A stretch of DNA of 64,000 nucleotides, taken from NCBI GenBank assembly GCA_965178125.1, contig OZ237775.1, forward strand, positions 1-64,000. The letters run 5' to 3'. The notes under the pieces are model-generated. The model saw only the letters and a list, made by a program, of their open reading frames with translations, made no database searches and had not been told where the DNA came from. Source of the stretch: Bilabrum cf. latius (taxonomy: Eukaryota). This document shows, one piece after another, positions 13,165 through 22,387 of this stretch. How positions within the stretch are numbered: position 1 is the first letter of the stretch; the number at the start of each line of letters is the position of its first letter. A program made the position numbers and the translations under genes.

Positions 13165-14442
13165 TTAATCATACGCAAACATTTTCCAAGCCTACTTAAG
13201 TGCTGTCTTCTTGGATATTCCTTTTCCTCTTAAAATGGACGCCATTTTCATAACTCTTGAACGTTTGGTTTCACACTGACATTGACCTCCAAATATTTCC
13301 AGATACATACCCGATACTGGGTCATTCGTATGCGAATGGATTTCTTTCATAATTGGTCTTCCAACTGTATTAGTTGCTAAATCCCAACCTTCCTTAAAAT
13401 CTTGTCCAAAATCCCTTTCTGTGTTCTACTTATGCTTTTCCTAATTTTTTCTTAAAGCGTTTCTTACATCTTCCGGTAAATCATCTAAGCCTCTCCCAAA
13501 CCATTTGGAAAAATAACCAGCCACATCAGTAGCAGCATTAGCCACTCTCTTAGTAAATCCCGATACGTTCTTAGCAATACTCTCTACATCCTACATAATA
13601 AATTGGTTTAAGGGTGGTGTCAAAAACCCATTTGTGCGCAGAACATCTTGGATAAATTTTTGGCAGTTCAGACTAAAAGCACGGTACTGATAAAAGTTGT
13701 ATTCTCCAATTTTCTGTAAAGTGGTTTCATATAATTCCCTTACTGTTTTCTAAGGTTTTCCATTAATATTTACTTCCATAGTTTGTGTTTTCTTGTTGGT
13801 GGAAAATCTTGAGGACAAATTAACCCTCTCATTCTTCTCAAGATAAATCTTTTTTCCACCTCCAAGGTTCAACTCTAAGGCTAAGTGAAAAAAATCATTA
13901 TATCCGTGTTTATTTTTTAACTTTTTCATTTTTCCAAGGGTAATCCAGTTAAGCAACCGATTAATCGCGCCACTAATGGGGGTTCTAATTACTTTCATAG
14001 CGATAATTGTCCTATCCCCGTACTGTTTAAGATTTCTCTGGACTTCGTTCGTATTTCCATACACTACTCCACCCTTAAGCTGTTGCGCCAGCTAACTGCG
14101 CCGAGAGGGGGTGCTTCGCAAACCATCTTTAAGCTGGCTTCGCGGACCATCTTTTAAATACTAATGAAGTGTGTTGGATTGTGTAGGTTTCTTTGCCTTG
14201 GGTTTCTTCGTTTTTCTTTTCGGCAGACCATCTTTAAGCTGTTGCGCCAGCTAACTGCGCCGAGAGGGGGTGCTTCGCACACCATCTTCAAACTTAATTG
14301 CTTTTTCAAGGGCTTCTTTAGAATAAGGATGTTCACTTTTCCATGTCCTTGTTGTTTTACTCTTTGGTTCTTTGACACTAATGTACGTCTTAACAAAACC
14401 AGAATTCATTTTTCCGCCACTAAGTGTATAAAAACTATCCAT
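13165..14442 (-). CDS. 425-aa protein with a putative permuted papain-like (NlpC/P60, PPPDE/LRAT-like) domain and basic termini
   Basis: ORFs 14251-14442 and 13750-14064 share a frame that stays open through TAGs to TAA 13165. Motifs FFHLALEL, LEKNERVN and YRAFSLNCQKFIQDVL give a His followed by NC. The family call is by motif only. Confidence 0.65.
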
Positions 14443-14467
14443 TTAGTATAGGCTTGTATTAAAAAAC

Positions 14468-15085
14468 TCATAGACGACTTCCAAGACCGAAGGTTTTCCG
14501 GACGAATTCCTCCAGTTGCTAAAAGGATGAATAGACACAGTACTAACCCTAATGTAATCCAGCGATTAAATTCGTTCTTGAGCGTTCTACAGACAATAAG
14601 TCCCCCGATTTTTTCCCTTCACGGATTTCCTCAAAAAGACTGTGAGAAGGCACACAAACAAAAATTGAACTTTCCTTAAATAAATCTTTCGCTAATTCCA
14701 ACGAACCAACCATAACAATTAAACGCCTGGATTTCTTCGTGAGCCAATCCGCTTTAATTTTTTCATACACTAATCTTGACTAAGAGTAATAAAAGAGGCG
14801 GTGGGTGCTCTCATCACCGTCAACCAACATCTTCTCCATTTTCTATTTTTCCTGTCCTGAGATTTGAGCATTTACGCATTCGTCTAAATCAATAATTAGC
14901 GTGTCCTTATCCACCGCTTCTAGGGAACGACACAAAGTAGTTTTACCGCTTCCTTTTGGAACAACCACGCACGATTTCTGTTTCTAAGTTCCGTCTTTCG
15001 TCCACCAAGAATATAGACACTTACTTCCTGTATAAGCTAACGGGGCTAACGTACCAGCAACCATTACAGCAGTTGATACTGACAT
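14468..15085 (-). CDS. P-loop NTPase, nucleotide/nucleoside kinase-like (205 aa)
   Basis: Walker A VVVPKGSGKTT, then LIIDLD. Hydrophobic N-terminus. Open with TAG=Gln and ends in TGA. Confidence 0.7.
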
Positions 15086-15140
15086 TGTTTTGATATACTA
15101 TATACCAAGACAAATATTTATTGGTTTACTCTTTTCATAC

Positions 15141-16907
15141 TCAAGCTTGGAGCATAGCGAGTAATTGATTGCGAGAAAGAGATTTACCACCTGTTAAGCC
15201 CGAGCCTAACTTGGCACCTGTTAAGCCCTTGCCTTTCTTGGTAGTTTTTCGGGGTTTCCTTTGGCGACCCATTCCAGCCATTTCACCCACCATTTTAGCG
15301 GTGTCAAATACCTACTTACCATCCTTTAATACTTTTTTGAGATTGCCTTTCTTTACCCAATCAGCGGTTTTGTGTGCGAACTTTTTTAAGGCGTGTCTAA
15401 TCTTTTTCCCAAGACCGCGACCGTGTAATCCTGATAATTGACTTTCATATACCACGGGTAGTTTAGAGGCGGACAAAACGTCTGCTCGTGAGATGACACC
15501 CTGCTAATACTCGAACTTAGACCCATCAATCAAATTTAATACTCCTTCGTATAATCCAATCACAACACACTACACATTATCGTAGCCCACATCATCATTA
15601 TTCTTCACTCGTAGGGTTATAGACAGTTGGTTAGACCCGTTGCTACCATTTGTCTAATCCACATCTAAGCTTAAGTCCTTGGCGGGGTCAATACATAACA
15701 GACCACCTGATAGCACCCTATCCCCGAATTTACGCATAGCCCATTCATTATATTGCTATTCAAGTCCGTTGCTTCTGGATAAGTCCCATAACTGCTGTGG
15801 CGATGCGTCGGCGAGTAATCCACTATGGTTATTCATCTCTATACTAATTCCATCAATTGCCATGAATGTGTTTCCCTAATCTACTGAAAGGGTTGTAGGT
15901 GAGCGACGGGCAAACACAAATAAACGACTTGGAACTGAATTACTAAGCTTAATATTGTTATTGTAAAGAGTTGCTGTAGTACCTGCGGCAATTGTTGGAC
16001 TATGACTTTGGGTATACGAAGTCATCTCAAAAATATCATACGAGACCTATTTAGGAAGCACAAATCCTGTTTTAGGTGTAATCTATTCAAGGTATAGGAC
16101 TGGTTCTTGGACATCTACCGACTAAATGGTAGCAGTTAAGCCCTATTGTGGAATACGAGACCACACGGTTCTACTCAGTTGAGACCAATTAATATTTAAG
16201 GAGAGTGTTTGAATTCCGTATATAGCCGTTTGTTCCTATTTACTTTCGTAGTGGAAAGGTGGACATAATACCGCCTCAGTGCATTCAAAAACAAGAACAC
16301 GATTTTGAGTTTGACCTGCGGGTACATCAGTATTATCCATTTGATACAAATTGTAAAATCCACTTCCTCGGGCTGGTTGGTCCTAAAGCACGTCCTCATA
16401 CGAAGCAAGAGCGTTATTCGTAGACTAACTCATCATCGCGTATGAAGGCACATTATCGCGTCTATACACACTATCAAGGCAATTCACACGGTGGACATCA
16501 TCATCTAGTAAATGGGACAGAGCGTCCATTAGTTCGCCGTTGTTCTGGGTATAGCGAAGGTTATTAATGCCAACTGTCTATGTTGCGATGGAGCGATTAA
16601 GTGGATAGGAGCGTGGAGCATCGTAATCTGGTCTAAAGGGTGCTAGACCACCTGCGGTTTGATTATTCACGGAAAAGGTGATAGAAAATCGGCATGAGAC
16701 ATAGGCGCGGCGGCACAAACCTACACCTGAAGGCATACTAATATTCCAGTTGACCCCGCTGTTGTAGTTTCCGGCAGAACCAGATGGGTTGTATTTACGA
16801 AACGTTCGGTTCTCATAACCTTCTTGAACTTCATACGGCTTCGGTTGTACATCTAGTGTTGCGGGTGATACTTTGACTGGCTGAAGGGCAAAGGTATTCA
16901 ATGACAT
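15141..16907 (-). CDS. Virophage major capsid protein (double jelly-roll), 588 aa with TAG=Gln
   Basis: Continuous frame with ~14 TAGs and a TGA stop. Virophage MCP motifs: DAPRSYPL, EAVLCPPF, VPSRLFVFARR, NNHSGLLADASPQQLWDLSRSNGL, GGLLCIDPAKDL, YEGVL. Basic C-terminal tail after HGRG. Confidence 0.93.
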
Positions 16908-16985
16908 TTTTGTTTTCCTTGTATATTATATACAACGAATAAAATTCTATGGGGTCGCGTCCCCATCCGACGAATTATCATTTTT

Positions 16986-18101
16986 TCAAAGTCCTTTCCG
17001 TTTCTTAAATAAAAACTTCACACTCACACTTCCGTGGCGTAAATAAAGAGGTCTTAGATTTGAATAATTGTCTTTCCAATATAGATTAAACTAAATCCTA
17101 TCTACTGAATGTGTATCTAAAAAATCAATTTCGTGGAGAATATGGGGCTGGTATTGAAGAACCTACTAATTAACTGTTTCAGTGTCATCTAATACACAAT
17201 CCATATCCACTAATAAACTCTCTGTTCCAGCACCTGAATTTTGAACTGTATTTGTTGACTGTCCATAGGCAGATTTCTAGGATATTGCCTCACTCCTCAC
17301 TGGAAGACTTGAAGATGTGAAAACTATTCCACGGAAAACCTAAAACTACACTAAACTCCCTCGTTCCTAGGTCATCATTAATCTGTAGTCTCCTGATGGA
17401 TTTCCCTCGAAGTATGCCTAAGGTTCATATTTTCCAACAGAACTGCCATCATCAAATAAAACATTCGTTCCTAAGGTTTTGAATAGAATACTGGCGTATA
17501 AGTCGTCATCTTGGATATCCATTCGTTCCATAGGAAAACCCGTCATCAGTTCGTTAAGGGCTTCATTCAACACTAATTTAAATTTCTGTCCTGAGTTTTC
17601 CTCGTCGTAATCGGGGTTTGCTACTAAAGAAAATTTACCATCTTTAAAGAGTAAAACCGGAACTGATGTAATATCCGCTGACAAAGCGTTCTATAGGGTT
17701 TCGTTGAATAAATCAACAAAATGCTACACGGAATACATATAATAATAAGGAACAAACTACATAGGATTGGAAAATGATGGTTGGTTTTCCCCTGTTAACT
17801 AGGGTCTCCACTGAATGCTTGAGGTCCACAAACTTACTCCGTCTTCATCTGTAATGCTTATTCTATACACTGTTTGATTAGGATTTGAAGATGGATTTTT
17901 CACTTTATCGGTTTCTATGTGTGGAACCCATAAAGGTATTGAATTGGTGCTTATGGAAAACCGGAATACTGACATCGTATAATCACCAACATCCTTATCT
18001 AATAATGGCTACTTGCGGGTTTCGCTATAGGTCGCTGGTTGGAAAGTATCTTCGTTATTTCGTATGTTTGCGGTAATGTAAAATCGGTCTGGAGAACTCA
18101 T
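16986..18101 (-). CDS. Virophage minor capsid protein (penton), 371 aa with TAG=Gln
   Basis: Motifs YSETRK(Q)PLL, YTMSVFRFSISTNSIPLWVP, YYYMYSV(Q)HFVDLFN, MT(Q)E...IVFTSSSLPV and FNLYWKDNYSNLRPLYL...KFLFKKR. Lies directly upstream of the MCP gene. Confidence 0.9.
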
Positions 18102-18157
18102 TTTACTATAGACGTTTATAATTATGGGGTGGGTTTGATTACTTTTCTAAAGTATAA

Positions 18158-18649
18158 TTAAGATGGTGTAATAAGTGAACCTGACACTAAGGATTTCCAA
18201 CTAGATGTAGAAGAACTGCCAATCGCCACATAGACATCGTTGTCGCTTCCATTATACACTAAAGCGCCCTTGAACTTTCGCTCTGCTGACGTATTAATAG
18301 GGGTAGAAGCGTCAGCCAATGTAGCTCCAGCAACCTCACTCAGCCCAACAACACCCTCTTGAGAAGTCTTGAATGAACCAACTAGTGAAATATCGCATCT
18401 TTCTCCTTCTTCGCTCATACTGAACTGACAACCAGCAGACGCTCCGTTTTTTCCAAACCGTAGAACAGTTTCACCCCACTCCATATAAGGCTCTCCGTCT
18501 TTGAATTCAATACTTGGATTGCCTATGACTGCTCCCGTAGAGTTAGTAATTGCGGACACTTTAATTGCGTCGCTACTCACAACATTACACGTAATAGTTT
18601 GAGACATAAGGTCTAGACTGTTCTTAGATAGAAGATTTGAAACTGACAT
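18158..18649 (-). CDS. Putative fiber/spike protein (163 aa)
   Basis: Clean ORF ending in TAA. The N-terminus MSVSNLLSKN.. resembles the capsid-anchor N-termini I recall from virophage fiber proteins. Gly/Ser-rich beta-type body, adjacent to the penton gene. Confidence 0.55.
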   Translation of the reverse strand: MSVSNLLSKNSLDLMSQTITCNVVSSDAIKVSAITNSTGAVIGNPSIEFKDGEPYMEWGETVLRFGKNGASAGCQFSMSEEGERCDISLVGSFKTSQEGVVGLSEVAGATLADASTPINTSAERKFKGALVYNGSDNDVYVAIGSSSTSSWKSLVSGSLITPS

Positions 18650-18714
18650 TTTATAGTATATCCACAGAAATAATTTTTATCAGGTTGCCAAAAGATGTAA
18701 ATAAGAGGTTTTGG

Positions 18715-19896
18715 TCAATCTTTTCCTAAAAGATGTAATAGTTCCATAGCAACCTAATGATGAATATCTTTATCGGCTCCTTTTACTTTCTTGGCTACAT
18801 TCATTGCTGTATCATAGATAATCCTTTTTCCACCTCGTAATCCTTTCCCCTTTTTTGGTTTTCCACTTTCTTCTACAGTCATTGCGCGTGATGGTGGGTC
18901 TTCTAAATCAGGCTACTAAATTCCATAGGGCGGACTAAACCCCGTAAATCGCTACACAGGTCTAGTAGCACGTTTTCCAATTCCCTGCTCAATTTCTATC
19001 CTACTCGGCATATCATAGTACTCACCAGTTTCTGGGTCCCACGCCCCCGGAGTGCTTCCTTGCGGTAGTGGTCTTTCATTGCTCGCTGCGGCTAATATGG
19101 CATCTAAGTCTTTTGATGTTTTTGACGCATTACTACTTGAACCCTCTTGAAAATGCTAAAACATATTTGTCTGCCCCTGTGATGTTCTTTGTGAGAAATT
19201 CTTTCCCTATTCTAAATCCCACGCTATTCGTTGTTTTTCAGTTAAGGGTCTGTCTTGTTGTATTCTTTCTCTGGCTCTTTCCAATAACTATTTATACGCA
19301 CCCGAAGACCTTTTTGGAAGCTGTACTTGTGTTGGAGCGGAAAACGTGTTTCTTCTTGTTGTTCGAGCAGGTGTTTGTAAAGATGTTGGCTACTAATCAA
19401 TTCCCAACATTCCCTACGGTATTCGTTGTCCGGATGCCTCCTATATAACTTTCCCTAATTCTAAGAGTTGTTTTCTGTCTTCAGCTGGAACTCTCTGCAG
19501 TCCTTCGTAGCCTTTCCTTTGAAATCTCTCAATATTTACGTATTGACGGGCTAGTTGTTGCTTCATTTGTGGAGACATATTGATATTACCAACAAAATCC
19601 TTCAATGCTTTCACTGCTGGACTTACATTTTTACCCTCAATAATACCTTTCATTATACCAGATATTGACTTAGATATGATTTCCTCGTTGCTTTGGTCTG
19701 CCTATTTTCTCTACGCTGGAGTTCCATACCTTCCACTTTCTTTTAATCGTTCAATTTTTGCCCTTTTCCTTATAAAATCACTATATTCTGTTTCTAAATC
19801 TACGTCGTCCCTTGCCTGTAAATCTAACATTTTAGCATTGTCCAGTTCCCTTTCTAGGGCTTGCTGAATAAGAGCATTCACTTTAGCAGTTTTCAT
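18715..19896 (-). CDS. Hypothetical virophage protein (393 aa), Gln-rich, with KGKG/LRGG near the C-terminus
   Basis: ORFs 19711-19896 and 19441-19653 share a frame, which continues through TAG codons only to TGA 18715. Confidence 0.75.
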
Positions 19897-19959
19897 TTAC
19901 TATAAGCTTTTATAAAAAGCTTGACCAAAAAATAAAAAAAAGTGTTTGTGTATAGTATA

Positions 19960-20199
19960 ATGGATATTGATAAGTGGATTATATAGAGAACCAAACAACT
20001 CGCGCTATAGAAAGAACAAGACGCTTTAAATAGAGTTAAAAACAAACATATTAAAGTTGGAAAAGGCCGTAGTAAGCCTAAGCGGAAAGTGAGCGCCAAA
20101 ATGAAACGCCGCAATAAACTTGTAAAAATGGTGATGTAGTAGACTGGTATGAGTTTACCTCAAGCAAGTCGGTATATACGAGAATAGAATATTATTTAA
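19960..20199 (+). CDS. Small basic protein (79 aa), probable DNA-binding core protein
   Basis: MDIDKWII(Q)RTK...VGKGRSKPKRKVSAKMKRRNKLVKMVM(QQ)TGMSLPQASRYIRE(Q)NII-TAA, with TATAGTA upstream. The C-terminal R..LVK.VM...G.SL..AS.Y motif is familiar from virophage proteins. Confidence 0.7.
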
Positions 20200-20228
20200 A
20201 GAAACTTTTATAACAAGTTTGACCAAAA

Positions 20229-21131
20229 TTACATAAGGTAAGCCTACTTTTCTCCTAATAAATACCTCGGGTAATTCCTGTGGACACATACCCACCTAGA
20301 AGGCATTTTTAAGACTTTAGAGATTTCTTGTTTCTCAAGTCCTATATAATTTTTTAGTAAATACCTTAGAGAATGTGCGGAAGAACACTAAGGGAATATA
20401 ACGAACTTATGACTTTCCGCAAGAATAATTCGGGTACTTTTATAGTTGGTAGATAAATGACTTGTGATTAATACAGAAGTATTCGAATGTCTTCCAACCT
20501 ACAATATTTCATCCTGTAAATGATTGAGGGCTTCCCTTAACTTCTTATCTTTGATTGTATCAATATCATCCAAGATTACTAAGGCGTCCCTTAATTCCTA
20601 ATGAATATCAATCGGGTTCTCCACCAGTTCCTCATTTAAAATAATCCTTTTCAGTCCTTTCACTTCATCTAAGACTTTATCCTACTATACTCGTGAAAAT
20701 AAAATAATTCTCCTGTTTGGAAACATTCTGTGATAATTCTTAGCATATTTGGAAACCCAAGTAGACTTCCCAGCACCTGATGGTGCGGTGATATAAATGA
20801 CCTCTCTTCCTTTTGGATTTGGTAATGATTGGAATTCACCCTATTTTAATGTAATCTCTTTATGTTTCTTTTCCTATGCTTTTTCATACAAGTATTTGAT
20901 GTCTTCGTCTAGGGGTTCGACCTGTTTGATTAAGTGTCGTGCTAATAAATCCATTTTCCTCTGCGGAAATCGTTTCCCTGTAAGTGATGATACTTGAAAA
21001 TCCTAGAATGATATACTATCATCTCCAAATTGGTTGTCTGTCTTTTCCGCTGTGTATAAAATACGTTTTCCGTGTGTGTCATATGCGATAGGTGTTGATT
21101 TTGTAGTTTCCTTCCAAGAAAAATGTGCCAT
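20229..21131 (-). CDS. Virophage DNA-packaging ATPase (FtsK/HerA/A32 family), 300 aa with TAG=Gln
   Basis: Walker A YITAPSGAGKST, Walker B LVILDDID, IL(Q)VGRH, ITSH, TRIILAESH, and SRWVCVHRNYPRYLLGEK(Q)AYLM followed by TAA. Confidence 0.93.
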
Positions 21132-21321
21132 TTTAGTGTATTTACTATATGTTTTTATATTTTCTAAAGTGTTTTGTCTTTTTGTTGAAAACTTATTTTG
21201 AATGATTGTCTTTTATGCTATCCACAAATTCCAAAACGGATTTTGTAGAAATACTTCTACGCATAAATAATGGTTAAGAGATGTTTTTATCTCCCCCAAT
21301 ATATATGTATATAATAAATAT

Positions 21322-21858
21322 ATGGATTATGCTCTTAGCGATAGTGATATTCGTGTTCTCCTCCAAAATCCACCAAATATTAAGGCATTTCTTCCTACGT
21401 CGGTAAACATCGTTCCATATACAGAATTAGGATAGTACAATAGTATTGATGGATTATTTAGTCGTTGTAATTGTTGTATCATTCTATACCAAGAAGAAAT
21501 AAACTCTGGACACTGGGTCTGCTTATTTAAGCGTAATAAAACAATATACTTCTTTGACAGTTATGGAATTCGTCCTGATAGGCAATAGCACACAATGAGT
21601 GAAAGCGTGCGGAAACGTTTTTATGAAGACCCTGAGTTAATTTATTTAATGTATCATTCTCCGTATAAGATTGACTATAACCCATATTAGTTTTAGGCGG
21701 ATGGAATGGATATAGCAACCTGCGGGAGACATTGTATAGTTCGTCTTTGGAATAGAGCGAAAAACGCTGATTAGTATAAAAAGTGGGTGGATAAGGTTTG
21801 TAAGAAACATACATTAAATCCTGATGAATTAGTGTATTTATTGACGTGTCATTTATGA
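21322..21858 (+). CDS. Adenain/Ulp1-like maturation cysteine protease, 178 aa with TAG=Gln
   Basis: Catalytic His in GHWVCL, Asp in FFDSYG, Cys in TCGRHC. The oxyanion-hole Gln position (YNPY*F*ADGMDIATC) is a TAG at 21694. Confidence 0.93.
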
Positions 21859-22137
21859 ACTCCAAAGGTAAAAATGTGAGAAGAACTTTGGGGTTCTTGG
21901 TTTTACTTCGATACCGTGTCGTTTGAAGTATCTAAATTGGCGGTCCGTATCTAAATGATTTAAATGGCTGTAATACCCTATTCTATCGTAAAATTGCTAA
22001 TACCGCCTATCACCAAACGATGTAATATATTCATCATTTTCGTCAAAAACATCATACTTCTTATTCTTGCGTCTTGAGGGTGCTTTAAATAGAAAATTCT
22101 CAACAACCTTTTCAAAATCGTAGGTATGTAGCTTCAT
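21853..22137 (-). CDS. Small protein resembling DUF5754 (found in giant viruses and Polinton-like viruses), 94 aa
   Basis: SRRKNKKYDV...FGDRRY(Q)QF...H.D..R..RY..RH....TPKFFSHFYLW followed by TAA. Family call from a remembered motif. Confidence 0.65.
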
Positions 22138-22168
22138 AAGTACTTTATAGTATAGTCTTCTACTTATA

Positions 22169-22282
22169 TCAAAGCCCGAGCTTCTTGTATTCCTTTAGTT
22201 TTTCGTGTAATTTTTTCCAAATACGTGGATTAATTTGCTTGACAATATGCTCTATCATCAACTCCTTTAAAAATGGGTTCAT
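22169..22282 (-). CDS. Possible 37-aa micro-protein
   Basis: MNPFLKELMIEHIVKQINPRIWKKLHEKLKEYKKLGL-TGA, preceded by CTATAGTAAATG like other element genes. Confidence 0.35.
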   Translation of the reverse strand: MNPFLKELMIEHIVKQINPRIWKKLHEKLKEYKKLGL

Positions 22283-22387
22283 TTACTATAGTGATATAGA
22301 ATGGTCTTAATTATCATCTCTTGGGAAATCCAATCTTTGAAAAAGATATCAAAAGAGCGGAGGGCAAAGCCCGAGCATCTTGGAAAA

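Noticed and set aside
7462-22137. Reading the element as a decayed, pseudogenised virophage or Polinton
   Set aside because: Every interruption I traced is a TAG, with no frameshifts and no internal TAA or TGA. Catalytic motifs are intact, and host genes show the same pattern.
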